DNA of 64,000 nucleotides from NCBI GenBank assembly GCA_964642835.1, contig CAZXQA010000001.1, positions 68,219-132,218 on the forward strand, given 5' to 3'. The notes under the pieces are model-generated. The model worked only from the letters and a program-made list of their open reading frames with translations. It did no database searches and had not been told where the DNA came from. This stretch comes from an uncultured Candidatus Saccharibacteria bacterium (GTDB taxonomy: Bacteria > Patescibacteriota > Minisyncoccia > Phycocordibacterales > Zambryskibacteraceae). Position 1 is the stretch's first letter, and the number at the start of each line of letters is the position of its first letter. Below, one piece after another: positions 18,419 to 28,085 of the stretch. The position numbers and the translations under genes are program-made.

Positions 18419-19024
18419 ATGGATTTCGACTTCGCGCATCTCCATCACGCCTACCTTGTCGTTGGCAACCGGGAGCGCGCCGAAGCCGAGCTTCACGCTC
18501 TCTTTGAAAGAGCGGGAGAACCCTTGAAGGGGTCTCCCGACTTTTTCGTTCTGCGAGAAGAGACGTTTGGAATTGACGCGGCGCGTTCCCTCTCCGTTCT
18601 TGCCGCGCGTAAGGCCTTCGGTGCACGCAAAGTCTTCTTTGTCATCCCAGAGTCTCTGACGCGCGAAGCTCAGAATGGGTTGCTGAAGACCTTTGAAGAG
18701 CCGGTGGCGGGGACTCACTTCTTCCTTCTTCTCCGTGATGATGGCATGGTCTTGCCGACCCTGCGTTCGCGCGTCCGGGAAATGCGTTTGCGCGGCACTC
18801 TTGAAGAAGAAGAGAATGAGGCGAAGAAATTTCTCAACCTTTCTCTCAAGGATCGCCTCACCTTCGTTAAAAATTTTGTTGACAATGAAAAGAACCTCTC
18901 TGCCTTCCTCGACGACCTCCTTCTCTACTCTCGGGATAAGCGTGTGCATGAGGTGCGTCTTCTTTCCGACGAGCGAGCCGCTTCCTCTCGCCTTATTCTC
19001 GAACACCTGGCAGTAGTGCTATAA
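18419..19024 (+). CDS. holB: DNA polymerase III delta' subunit-like protein (short)
   Basis: NGLLKTFEEP...HFFLLL...LPTLRSRV are delta'/clamp-loader box motifs. Only 201 aa, with a degenerate P-loop region. Confidence 0.55.
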   Translation: MDFDFAHLHHAYLVVGNRERAEAELHALFERAGEPLKGSPDFFVLREETFGIDAARSLSVLAARKAFGARKVFFVIPESLTREAQNGLLKTFEEPVAGTHFFLLLRDDGMVLPTLRSRVREMRLRGTLEEEENEAKKFLNLSLKDRLTFVKNFVDNEKNLSAFLDDLLLYSRDKRVHEVRLLSDERAASSRLILEHLAVVL

Positions 19025-19031
19025 TCCGGTT

Positions 19032-19583
19032 ATGGCATACAACTTTTCACCTTTTAAACAGGGCGCCGAGGCAACGTATGAGTGGCTTAAGAAAGAATAC
19101 CTGGGGATTCGCTCTGGGCAGGCAACGCCTGGCATTCTCGACTCCGTGCGAGTCGACATGTACGGCTCGAAGATGCCCGTTAGCCAGGTGGCTTCCGTGA
19201 CCACGGAAGGAGCGAAGTCCTTGCGCGTGACGCCGTGGGATAAGGGGGCCGTGAAGGCTTTGGACGCGGCCATCCGCGAAGCCAACCTCGGCGTCTCCGT
19301 GGCGGTGGATGATCAGGGTTTACGCATTGCTTTCCCGGACTTAACGGCCGATCGACGCGACGGCCTCTTGAAGCTTGCGAAGGCGAAGCTCGAGGAAGCA
19401 CGCGTGCGTGTCCGTGGTGAGCGCGAGAAGGTCATGAACGATGCCGACAAGCAAGAGAAATCGGGCACCATGAGTAAGGACGACGTTTTCCGCACCAAGC
19501 AAGATTTGCAAAAGCAGGTCGACGAAACGAACAAAAAGCTCGAGGATCTCTTCGACAAGAAGGAGAAGGAAATTCTTTCTTAA
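19032..19583 (+). CDS. frr: ribosome recycling factor
   Basis: Full-length RRF-like 183-aa protein (...RVTPWDKGAVKALDAAIREANLGVS...DVFRTKQDLQKQVDE). Confidence 0.9.
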   Translation: MAYNFSPFKQGAEATYEWLKKEYLGIRSGQATPGILDSVRVDMYGSKMPVSQVASVTTEGAKSLRVTPWDKGAVKALDAAIREANLGVSVAVDDQGLRIAFPDLTADRRDGLLKLAKAKLEEARVRVRGEREKVMNDADKQEKSGTMSKDDVFRTKQDLQKQVDETNKKLEDLFDKKEKEILS

Positions 19584-19598
19584 CCAGGTTGTCACACG

Positions 19599-20408
19599 AT
19601 GTCTGTCATTTTATTTTTCCTCATCTTAAGTGTGCTTGTGATCGTCCATGAACTGGGGCATTTTCTCGTGGCGAGAGCTTTCGGCATCAGAGTAGACGAA
19701 TTCGGCATCGGGTATCCACCTAAGGCTAAGACCTTGTTTCGCTGGAAGGGTACCAACTTCACGCTTAACTGGTTGCCGTTCGGTGGGTTCGTGAAGATCT
19801 TTGGCGAAGAATACGATGAGGAGGGAGGTGTAGCACCGTCTTCCGAGAGCCTCCAAGGCAAGCATCGCGGTATCCAGGCGGCCGTTCTCGCGGCGGGAGT
19901 GGCGTGCAACTTCCTTTTCGCGGCCTTTCTTATTGGAGTAGTGGTGTGGCTCGGCCTCGCCGCTCCTCTTTCGGCGGTGCGCGAAGGTGGGATCTCGCTT
20001 CCAGCCGCGGTCGTGGAGGGCTTCCGCGCGAGCGCCGTGATTACTGCCGATATTGTCGGGGCGCTCGGCACGCTCGCGCGGGATACTCTTTCGGGTCATC
20101 CTGATCTTTCGAGTGTGGCGGGCCCGGTCGGGCTTGTCTCTTTGGTGGGTGAGGTTGGAGGAATGGGATGGGGATATATTCTCACCTTCGTCGCGCTCAT
20201 TTCTTTGAACCTCTCCGTCATTAACCTTCTGCCTCTGCCGGCGCTCGATGGCGGCAGGCTTCTCTTTGTAGCCATTGAAGCTCTAACTCGGAGACGTATT
20301 CCGACCAGAATTTTTAATATATCTAATACCGTCGGGTTCGGACTTCTCCTTCTCCTTATGGTGCTTATTACCATTCACGACGTTCAGGGGATGGTGAGCG
20401 TGAAGTAA
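19599..20408 (+). CDS. rseP: RIP metalloprotease RseP-like (site-2 protease, minimal form without a PDZ domain)
   Basis: HELGHF zinc motif in TM1 and a C-terminal LNLLPLPALDGG motif. 269 aa. Confidence 0.75.
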   Translation: MSVILFFLILSVLVIVHELGHFLVARAFGIRVDEFGIGYPPKAKTLFRWKGTNFTLNWLPFGGFVKIFGEEYDEEGGVAPSSESLQGKHRGIQAAVLAAGVACNFLFAAFLIGVVVWLGLAAPLSAVREGGISLPAAVVEGFRASAVITADIVGALGTLARDTLSGHPDLSSVAGPVGLVSLVGEVGGMGWGYILTFVALISLNLSVINLLPLPALDGGRLLFVAIEALTRRRIPTRIFNISNTVGFGLLLLLMVLITIHDVQGMVSVK

Positions 20409-20462
20409 ACGAGAGCACGCGGCTTCTTTGTCTTTATGGTCATATTCCAGTAAAATAGCCCC

Positions 20463-21881
20463 ATGCAAGAGACTATTACTCCGCGCGACAAAGATTACTC
20501 CGAGTGGTATCAAGACGTTATCGAGGCCGCGGAACTCGCCGAGCACGGACCGGTGCGCGGCACGATGATTATTAAGCCTTACGGTTACGCTTTGTGGGAA
20601 AATACTCAGCAGTATCTCGATCAGAAGTTTAAGGAGGTCGGAGTGCAAAATGCCTATTTCCCGCTGTTCATTCCGGAACATTTTTTGAAGAAAGAAGAAA
20701 GTCACGTCGAAGGCTTCTCTCCTGAAGTGGCGGTGGTGACGCATGCTGGTGGCAAGAAGCTTGAAGAACCGATCGTTGTGCGTCCGACTTCCGAGACTAT
20801 CATGTATGACGCGTTCTCGCGTTGGATTCACTCGCATCGCGATCTGCCGCTCCTTATCAACCAGTGGGCAAACGTCGTCCGTTGGGAAATGCGTCCGCGC
20901 CTCTTCATGCGCACGACGGAGTTCCTCTGGCAGGAAGGGCACACCGCTCACGCCACGAACGCCGAGGCAGACGCCTGGGCCCGTCAGATGCTTCGCGTTT
21001 ACGAAACCTTCGCCAAAGAGATGATGGCCATTCCGGTCATCCCCGGACAGAAATCTGAGAGCGAGAAATTCGCCGGCGCTTTGCACACCTACACTATTGA
21101 AGCGATGATGCAGGACGGGAAAGCCCTTCAGTTCGCCACCTCGCACAACCTTGGGCAGAATTTCGCCAAAGCCTTTGACGTGACGTTCTCCGATGAGAAC
21201 AATGAGAAGCAATTCGTCTCGCAGACCTCGTGGGGTCTCTCGACGCGCACGATCGGCGGTTTGATCATGGCGCACTCCGACGACAAGGGGCTGGTGTTGC
21301 CTCCGAACATTGCCTCCATTCAAGTCGTGATCATGCCTATTTGGAAAGATGAAGCCACTAAAGCTGCGGTTATCCAGCGGGCCAAAGATTTGTGCGAAGA
21401 GCTGCGCGATTTCAAAGTCGTCCTCGATGTAGGAGAGGGTCGCCCGGGTGAGAAGCACTATCGTTGGGAAAAGAAGGGAGTACCCGTCCGCATTGAACTC
21501 GGTCCACGCGATATTGAAGCTGGCACCATGGTCCTTGTGCGTCGTGATACGGGGGAGAAGACAAACATCGCGTTAGGAGATGCCGAGAAGGTAGGAGAAA
21601 CACTTGCTGCTATCCAGGCCAATCTTTACAACACCGCTCTCGCTCGCCAGCACGCGAAGACGAAGACGGTTGAGACGTGGGAAGAATTTAAGGCGGAGAT
21701 TGAAGCGGGCAACTTCGTCCTGGCTCATTGGGATGGCGATAAGGAGACTGAAGCGGCGATTAAAGAAGAGACGAAGGCGACGATTCGTTGCATTCCATTT
21801 GACCAGGTGAAGGAAGAGGGTCTCTGCGTAAAGTCGGGCAAGCCTTCTCATGGACGCGTTATCTTTGCTCGCTCCTACTAA
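20463..21881 (+). CDS. proS: prolyl-tRNA synthetase, archaeal/eukaryotic type
   Basis: Class II motifs (FRWEMRPRLFMRTTEFLWQEGH; GGLIMAHSDDKGLVLPP) and a C-terminal zinc-binding-like tail, typical of the short archaeal-type ProRS. Confidence 0.9.
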   Translation: MQETITPRDKDYSEWYQDVIEAAELAEHGPVRGTMIIKPYGYALWENTQQYLDQKFKEVGVQNAYFPLFIPEHFLKKEESHVEGFSPEVAVVTHAGGKKLEEPIVVRPTSETIMYDAFSRWIHSHRDLPLLINQWANVVRWEMRPRLFMRTTEFLWQEGHTAHATNAEADAWARQMLRVYETFAKEMMAIPVIPGQKSESEKFAGALHTYTIEAMMQDGKALQFATSHNLGQNFAKAFDVTFSDENNEKQFVSQTSWGLSTRTIGGLIMAHSDDKGLVLPPNIASIQVVIMPIWKDEATKAAVIQRAKDLCEELRDFKVVLDVGEGRPGEKHYRWEKKGVPVRIELGPRDIEAGTMVLVRRDTGEKTNIALGDAEKVGETLAAIQANLYNTALARQHAKTKTVETWEEFKAEIEAGNFVLAHWDGDKETEAAIKEETKATIRCIPFDQVKEEGLCVKSGKPSHGRVIFARSY

Positions 21882-21883
21882 TA

Positions 21884-22948
21884 ATGAAGCTCACCGCCTT
21901 CAAGAACTTGCGCCAGTACTTTTCCCACGACATGGGGATTGATCTGGGTACCGCGAATACCTTGGTGTACTTGAGTGGTCGCGGGATTGTCGTCAACGAA
22001 CCTTCGGTCGTGGCCGTGAACCAGAAGACGGGCCAAGTCGTCGCCATTGGCACGGAGGCGAAGGCCATGTTCGGTCGCACGCCGACCCATATCTCGGCCA
22101 TTAAGCCCTTGGTCGACGGCGTCATTTCCGACTTCGAGACAACGGAAGAAATGGTGAGCTACCTCTTGGGCAAGGCAACCGCTGGTTCGAAGAAATTGCT
22201 CTCACCGCGCGTCGTCGTCGGCGTGCCTTCGAACATTACGAACGTCGAGATCCGCGCCGTCCGCGACGCGGCGAGAAATGCCGGCGCGGGCGAAGTTCAC
22301 ATTGTCGAAGAGCCGATGGCGGCAGCGATCGGCATGCGTCTCCCCATCCATGAACCGGTCGGGAACATGGTGATCGACATTGGCGGCGGCACGACTGACA
22401 TTGCCATTATTTCCTTGGGTGGTGTCGTGCGCTCGAAGAACGTGCACATCGCGGGAGACAAATTCAACTCAGACATCATTTCATACGTGCGAAATCAGTT
22501 TAAGATTCTTATTGGCGACAAGACCGCGGAGACCGTAAAGATTATGATTGGCTCTGTCCTACCCACTCACGCGCCACTCGAGATGGCGGTAAAGGGACGT
22601 GACCTCGTGACGGGCTTGCCGAAGGAAGTGATTCTCACCGATACCGATATCCGCGAAGCGCTTTCCGTTTCGGTCGAAAATCTCATCGAAGCGGTGCGCG
22701 AAGTGCTCGAATCGACTCCACCCGAAGTCTTGGCCGACGTCATGCAGCGCGGCGTCTACCTCGCAGGCGGCGGCGCTCTTCTTAAGGGTTTGCCGGAGCT
22801 TGTTGAGAACGAGATCAATATTCCCGTGTACGTAGCCGCTGATCCGCTCACGGCTGTGGCCCGCGGCACGGGTATCATCCTCGAGAATCTCGAAGCGTTT
22901 AGAGACGTCTTAATCGAAAATGAAGATGAGCTACCTCCCAAGAAATAG
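21884..22948 (+). CDS. mreB: rod shape-determining protein MreB
   Basis: MGIDLGTANTLVY...NEPSVVA...EEPMAAAIG...VIDIGGGTTD...GVYLAGGGALLKGL are actin-like ATPase motifs. Confidence 0.9.
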   Translation: MKLTAFKNLRQYFSHDMGIDLGTANTLVYLSGRGIVVNEPSVVAVNQKTGQVVAIGTEAKAMFGRTPTHISAIKPLVDGVISDFETTEEMVSYLLGKATAGSKKLLSPRVVVGVPSNITNVEIRAVRDAARNAGAGEVHIVEEPMAAAIGMRLPIHEPVGNMVIDIGGGTTDIAIISLGGVVRSKNVHIAGDKFNSDIISYVRNQFKILIGDKTAETVKIMIGSVLPTHAPLEMAVKGRDLVTGLPKEVILTDTDIREALSVSVENLIEAVREVLESTPPEVLADVMQRGVYLAGGGALLKGLPELVENEINIPVYVAADPLTAVARGTGIILENLEAFRDVLIENEDELPPKK

Positions 22949-23702
22949 AAACCGTTCTTCTCACGGCAAATCGGCTCTTATCCTGGCCGGCATCTTTGCC
23001 GCCGGAGCGCTTATCTTCTCTTTTCTTGGTGGCCCTCTCGTGAGGCTTATTTCTCCCATCTGGCGTGGCGAAAACGCTCTCGGCCGCACCGTGGAGAAAA
23101 TCGGAGAGAATCTCCACACGAGAAGCGCCTTGGCACGAGAAAATATTGCTCTCCGAGAGAAGGTAAGTTCGCTCGAGTTACAAATCTCCTCTCTCAACCT
23201 CTCCCTCTCTCAGGAACGCTCTCTCGCGGAGCTTCTCGGACGAGAGCGACGGGTCAATGAGGTCGTCGCCTCGGTCCTCACTCGACCGCCGCAGAGTCCG
23301 TACGATCTTTTTATTGTTGACGCGGGGGAGAGAGATGGCATTGTGATCGGGGCGGTCGTGCGTTTGCCGGAAGGACCGCTCCTTGGCACAGTTTCCGATC
23401 TCTTCCCGGCTTCTGCCAAGGTAAGGCTCTTCACGACGGCGGGGGAAAAGACGGAAGCGGTGCTTGAACGTGGTAATGTTCCAGTCCTCCTCGAAGGTCG
23501 AGGAGGAGGGAGCTTCCGCATTGCCGTGCCGCGAGAGACGTGGGTGGAAGTGGGTGACCGCGTCGTCTCCGCTGACACCGGTGAGAGCCTCTTGGGAGTG
23601 GTCGAGGAAGTGGTGGTGGAGGCGACCGACTCCTTCAAAGAAATCTTAGTGAAGAGTCCGGCCAACATTTTCTCCGTGCGGCTTGTGTCCATTTCACTCT
23701 AA
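22920..23702 (+). CDS. mreC: rod shape-determining protein MreC
   Basis: N-terminal TM helix, a coiled-coil (ENIALREKVSSLELQISSL), then a beta-barrel domain. Position after mreB. The start overlaps mreB, so the exact start is uncertain. Confidence 0.7.
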   Translation: MKMSYLPRNRNRSSHGKSALILAGIFAAGALIFSFLGGPLVRLISPIWRGENALGRTVEKIGENLHTRSALARENIALREKVSSLELQISSLNLSLSQERSLAELLGRERRVNEVVASVLTRPPQSPYDLFIVDAGERDGIVIGAVVRLPEGPLLGTVSDLFPASAKVRLFTTAGEKTEAVLERGNVPVLLEGRGGGSFRIAVPRETWVEVGDRVVSADTGESLLGVVEEVVVEATDSFKEILVKSPANIFSVRLVSISL

Positions 23703-23956
23703 TGCGTGACCGCCTTATCGCCACGGTACTTATCCTCGGTGCCACCATCTTCTTGCCGTATTGGATCTACCTACCGCTTCTCGTCGTTGCTATGGCTCTT
23801 ATCCCGTTCTACTGGGAAGCAATCTTCCTTGGTTTTCTCATTGACACCTTGTACGGGCCAAGTTCGTTGAATGTCTTTACCTCGGTCGCGTTCTGGTCAC
23901 TCCTTATGCTCGTGGCAATTATGCCGTTGCGTGAGAGACTTCGCTGGCGACTCTAA
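23702..23956 (+). CDS. small polytopic membrane protein (possible minimal MreD)
   Basis: 84 aa with three hydrophobic helices, positioned between mreC and mrdA. No sequence signature. Confidence 0.3.
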   Translation: MRDRLIATVLILGATIFLPYWIYLPLLVVAMALIPFYWEAIFLGFLIDTLYGPSSLNVFTSVAFWSLLMLVAIMPLRERLRWRL

Positions 23957-23961
23957 ACTCT

Positions 23962-25683
23962 ATGTCGAAAATTCTTTTCAATAGAATAAAGTCCACACTC
24001 GGTATTTCGTCGCGCGTCTCTGGCAAATACGGCGACATTAACCCCGAAGACATCTTTCTCGATTCGGCCAACCTGCCCGGCTTCGACGAGCATACGCTTC
24101 AAGGGCGTTTGGATCGCCCGATCGGCCGCCGTACCTTCGCGGGAGTGAAGGTTCTTCTTGGTCTTATCGTGATTGTGTTGGGCGGCAAACTTTGGTCGCT
24201 TTCGATCTCGAATGGTCCAGTGTACGCGAAAATTTCTGAGAACAATCGTCTCGAACAGACCCTCGTCTTTGCCAACCGGGGAGCGATTCTTGACCGCAAT
24301 GGAGTGGAGCTCGCGGGCAACGCGGTGAAGACCGACGCGCTCGGGTTCCCCGAGCGCCAATACGCCTCGATGAAGGGGCTCGCGCATGTGGTGGGATACG
24401 TGAAGTACCCGCTCGCCGACAAATCCGGCTTTTATTATGAAAAGGAATATCGCGCCAAGGACGGCATTGAGCTCGCCTATGATGATGTGCTTCGAGGAAA
24501 GAACGGTCAGAAGCTCGTCGAAACGGACGTGAGGGGAACGGTAACTTCTGAGAGTGTTGTTGAGAAGCCTGCCGATGGTCAGAGCATCACCCTTTCAATC
24601 GACGCGAAGGTGAACGAAGTGCTCTTTAAGGCTATTGAGTCTCTCGCCCGCTCGAGTCGCTTTGTCGGTGGCGCGGGCGTGATTATGAATGTCGAAACGG
24701 GGGAGATTCTGGCGCTTACGAGCTATCCGGAATACGACCAGAACGCGCTCACGACCGGTCTTACTCAAACAACCTTTAACGCCCTATTGAACGATCCTGG
24801 CAAACCGTTCCTCAACCGCGTGGTCGGTGGGTTATACACGCCGGGCTCTATCGTGAAGCCTCTCGTTGCTCTCGCCGCTCTCAACGAGCGCATTATCTCT
24901 CCGGAGAAGGAGATTCTCTCCACTGGTTCTATTAGTGTGCCGAACCCGTATGATCCCGCTCACCCTTCGGTATTCCGAGACTGGAAGGCGCACGGCTGGA
25001 CGGATATGAAGGAGGCGCTCGCCGTGTCCTCAGACACCTACTTTTACTCCATTGGTGGAGGCTTCGGCGGACAGCCTGGGTTGGGGATCTCTCTTATCGA
25101 CAAGTACTTCGACCTCTTCGGCTTGGAAGAGGAGACAAATATCGCGCTCGCGGGAGAAGTGTCCGGCCTGGTGCCAACGCCTGAGTGGAAGAAGGAGAAG
25201 TTCAACGGGGACATCTGGCGTCTTGGCGATACCTACATCACTTCGATCGGCCAATACGGCACTCAGGTGACACCTATAAACGCCGTGCGCTTTACCGCGG
25301 CAGTAGCCAACGGCGGCAAGCTGTTGAAGCCCACGTTGCTCCTCGGTGGCGAAGGAGATCCGGTCGTGCGAAGAATCGATCTTCCGGCGCGTGATTTTGA
25401 GGTCGTGAAAGAGGGTATGCACGAGGGGGTTGAGTACGGTACCTCGATGGGGCTTAACGTGCCCTATGTCTCGGCAGGGGCGAAGACGGGGACGGCGGAA
25501 ATCGGCGCGGGCAAGTCGTACGTCCACTCTTGGACGGCCGGCTTCTTCCCCTTTGAGCGCCCGCGCTATGCCTGGGTGGTTATTATGGAAAAGGGCCCAG
25601 CCACGAACACCGTAGGCGCCTCAACGGTCATGCGGCAGGTCTTTGACTGGATCGAGGCCAATGAACCCCAATACTTCCAATAA
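23962..25683 (+). CDS. mrdA: penicillin-binding protein 2 (transpeptidase)
   Basis: N-terminal TM helix and PBP dimerisation region. Transpeptidase motifs STGSISV/TPGSIVKP (SxxK), SSD (SxN) and KTGTA (KTG). Confidence 0.85.
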   Translation: MSKILFNRIKSTLGISSRVSGKYGDINPEDIFLDSANLPGFDEHTLQGRLDRPIGRRTFAGVKVLLGLIVIVLGGKLWSLSISNGPVYAKISENNRLEQTLVFANRGAILDRNGVELAGNAVKTDALGFPERQYASMKGLAHVVGYVKYPLADKSGFYYEKEYRAKDGIELAYDDVLRGKNGQKLVETDVRGTVTSESVVEKPADGQSITLSIDAKVNEVLFKAIESLARSSRFVGGAGVIMNVETGEILALTSYPEYDQNALTTGLTQTTFNALLNDPGKPFLNRVVGGLYTPGSIVKPLVALAALNERIISPEKEILSTGSISVPNPYDPAHPSVFRDWKAHGWTDMKEALAVSSDTYFYSIGGGFGGQPGLGISLIDKYFDLFGLEEETNIALAGEVSGLVPTPEWKKEKFNGDIWRLGDTYITSIGQYGTQVTPINAVRFTAAVANGGKLLKPTLLLGGEGDPVVRRIDLPARDFEVVKEGMHEGVEYGTSMGLNVPYVSAGAKTGTAEIGAGKSYVHSWTAGFFPFERPRYAWVVIMEKGPATNTVGASTVMRQVFDWIEANEPQYFQ

Positions 25684-25719
25684 TGCCCCTCATAAGGTAA
25701 TATTTCCTTAATCCAATTT

Positions 25720-26187
25720 ATGAACACCGACACAGAATACTTAACGAAAGAGAAACACGAGGAGCTTCAGAAGGAGTTACAGTTCTTAAAGACTCAAAAG
25801 CGCAAAGAGGTTGCCGAGGCTCTTGAATACGCGAAGTCCCTAGGCGACCTCTCTGAGAACGCCGAATACCACGAAGCTCGCGATAGCCAGGCGTCGCTCG
25901 AAGATCGCATTCAGCGTATTGAGCAAATCTTGAAGTCCGCCTCGATTGTCTCTGGTAATGCGTCCGGGGCCGTCGCCGTCGGTTCTTCTCTTACTCTTGA
26001 GCGCGAGAGCGACAAGGTGCGCCGCAACTATACGATCGTTGGTTCCGAAGAAGCTGATGCCGCGAAGGGTATGATCTCCATGCGCTCTCCGCTCGGTCTT
26101 GCCGCCATGGGCAAGATGAAGGGTGAGACCTTCGCCTTCGAAACTCCCTCCGGTCTCGTGAAGTATAAGGTTATCGAGATTAAGTAA
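25720..26187 (+). CDS. greA: transcription elongation factor GreA
   Basis: LTKEKHEELQKEL...GDLSENAEYHEARD coiled-coil acidic finger, plus a C-terminal FKBP-like domain. Confidence 0.9.
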   Translation: MNTDTEYLTKEKHEELQKELQFLKTQKRKEVAEALEYAKSLGDLSENAEYHEARDSQASLEDRIQRIEQILKSASIVSGNASGAVAVGSSLTLERESDKVRRNYTIVGSEEADAAKGMISMRSPLGLAAMGKMKGETFAFETPSGLVKYKVIEIK

Positions 26188-26192
26188 CGTCT

Positions 26193-27731
26193 ATGCGCCT
26201 TCCGGACCATAGCGCCTCTGATTGGGCTGCTACGGCTAGAGATGCCGCTCTTTCGGCCCATCCGGAGAAGGGGCTGTACACGACCGCGGCGGGGATTAGT
26301 CCGTCGGGCGTCGTGCATTTCGGTAACTTCCGTGACATTGTGACCTCGCATCTCGTGCGGGAAGAATTTGTGAAGCAGGGCAAGCAGGCGCGCCTGATCT
26401 TCTCGTGGGACAACTTCGACCGCTTCCGCAAGGTGCCGGCCGGTGTACCCGAATCCTTCGCCGAACATATTGGTAAACCACTCTCAAAGATTCCCGATCC
26501 GTGGGGAGAAGCAGCTTCGTACGCGGAGCATTTCCAGAAGCCGTTTATGGAAGCAATGGAGAAGCTCGGTATCGACATCGAGTACCGAGATCAAACAGCG
26601 TTGTACGAAAGCGGGGCCTATGACGCGCAGATTTTCCACGCCCTCAAGAATAGAGAAAAAATCGCGGACATCCTCCTCTCTTTCATGAGCGAGAAGGCGA
26701 AGGGTGAGAAGGGAATTGATCCAGCCGAATATCGCGCGAACTATTATCCTATCTCCGTCTATTCGCGCTTTACGGGCAAGGACACGACCAAGGTCCTAAG
26801 CTACGACGGCAATACTTCGATCACGTATCGCTGCATTGATACCGGCCAAGAAGAAACGGTCGATCTCTCAGAGGTTCATATTGCCAAGCTACAGTGGAAG
26901 ATCGACTGGCCGATGCGCTGGCAGTACGAGGGGGTGGACTTTGAACCGGGTGGGCACGACCATGCCTCTCCGGGTGGTAGTTATGATGTGGCTACTCGCG
27001 TAGCGACGGAGATTTTCAATTACGAAGCACCCGTCTTTATCGAATACAAATTCGTCGGTATCCAAGGTCAGGGTTCCAAGATGTCGGGCTCGAAGGGCAA
27101 CGCCGTCTCGCCACTTGAGCTCCTCGAGATCTATGAACCCGCGGTACTCAAATGGCTCTACTTTAGAAAGGCACCTGGTCAATCCTTCGAACTTGCTTTT
27201 AATAGCGAAATTTATCGTCAGTACGATGAGTATGACGCCGAGCATCCAGAGACGCAGGCAATCCCATTCCGCCAAGCGGTCGGCTTCGGTCAGGTGGTGC
27301 AGTGGCAGCCGGATAAGCTGGAAACAGTATTGAAGGCGCTTGGCTATACCTATAGCGCGGAGAGTATCGCGGCGCGTCTCATCCTCGCCAAGAACTGGCT
27401 CACCAAGTACAATCCGGATGAAGCGATTAACTTGAATCCTTCTTTCAACAGTGCCTATCTTGAGAACATGTCAGATGAGGCGAAGGCGCTCGTCACTCGC
27501 TTGCGTGCTGAGCTTGAGACAAGAGAGGGGGCAGCGATCGCGGATCTCGAAGAGCTCGTGTACGCGATTCCTAAGAGCGCAGAGCTCGATGAAGCAGAGC
27601 TTAAGAAAGTGCAGCGCGCGTTCTTCAAGGACGTCTACAACCTCCTTATTGGCAAAGACACCGGCCCGCGCCTCGGCACCTTCCTCTGGGCCGCAGATAG
27701 GGAGCGGGTTTTAAAGCTATTGACTTTTTAA
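26193..27731 (+). CDS. lysK: lysyl-tRNA synthetase, class I (archaeal type)
   Basis: Class I HIGH-like PSGVVHFGNFRD and KMSGSKGN (KMSKS) motifs with LysRS-I-like architecture. Confidence 0.8.
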   Translation: MRLPDHSASDWAATARDAALSAHPEKGLYTTAAGISPSGVVHFGNFRDIVTSHLVREEFVKQGKQARLIFSWDNFDRFRKVPAGVPESFAEHIGKPLSKIPDPWGEAASYAEHFQKPFMEAMEKLGIDIEYRDQTALYESGAYDAQIFHALKNREKIADILLSFMSEKAKGEKGIDPAEYRANYYPISVYSRFTGKDTTKVLSYDGNTSITYRCIDTGQEETVDLSEVHIAKLQWKIDWPMRWQYEGVDFEPGGHDHASPGGSYDVATRVATEIFNYEAPVFIEYKFVGIQGQGSKMSGSKGNAVSPLELLEIYEPAVLKWLYFRKAPGQSFELAFNSEIYRQYDEYDAEHPETQAIPFRQAVGFGQVVQWQPDKLETVLKALGYTYSAESIAARLILAKNWLTKYNPDEAINLNPSFNSAYLENMSDEAKALVTRLRAELETREGAAIADLEELVYAIPKSAELDEAELKKVQRAFFKDVYNLLIGKDTGPRLGTFLWAADRERVLKLLTF

Positions 27732-27757
27732 TAATTTAGGTGTCTAATTAGAGATAG

Positions 27758-28027
27758 TTGAACATGTTGCGGCAGGTGCCGCGGGAGATTGAAATGAAGA
27801 TACTTCGAGGCGTTATCCTCGTTCTGGCGGGGTTCGTGGCTGGCGTGCTCTACGTTGGTCTCAATGTCGGGCAGAACCTTCAGAAAGGTTCTGAGGTCAG
27901 TCTCGGCGACAAGCACTATTTGCCGATTGAGTTCGAGAAGACCGACAACGGTCTTTGCGATCTCTTCTTGAAGAAGTCTGATGGTGCCAAGGACTATCTT
28001 CGTCGGATCGAATGTCCTAAGGAGTAG
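27758..28027 (+). CDS. hypothetical small membrane-anchored protein
   Basis: One TM helix (ILRGVILVLAGFVAGVLYVGL) then a short soluble tail. Confidence 0.3.
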   Translation: MNMLRQVPREIEMKILRGVILVLAGFVAGVLYVGLNVGQNLQKGSEVSLGDKHYLPIEFEKTDNGLCDLFLKKSDGAKDYLRRIECPKE

Positions 28028-28045
28028 TTCGACTACGCGACACGC

Positions 28046-28075
28046 AAAAAGCGGATCCTCACGGATCCGCTTTTC
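28046..28075. terminator. bidirectional rho-independent terminator
   Basis: aaaaaGCGGATCCtcacGGATCCGCtttt between convergent genes. Confidence 0.5.
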
Positions 28076-28085
28076 TTATTTCTAT

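Noticed and set aside
23702-23956. Confident call of MreD
   Set aside because: Only synteny and hydrophobicity support it. 84 aa is half the usual length. Kept as low-confidence hypothetical membrane protein.
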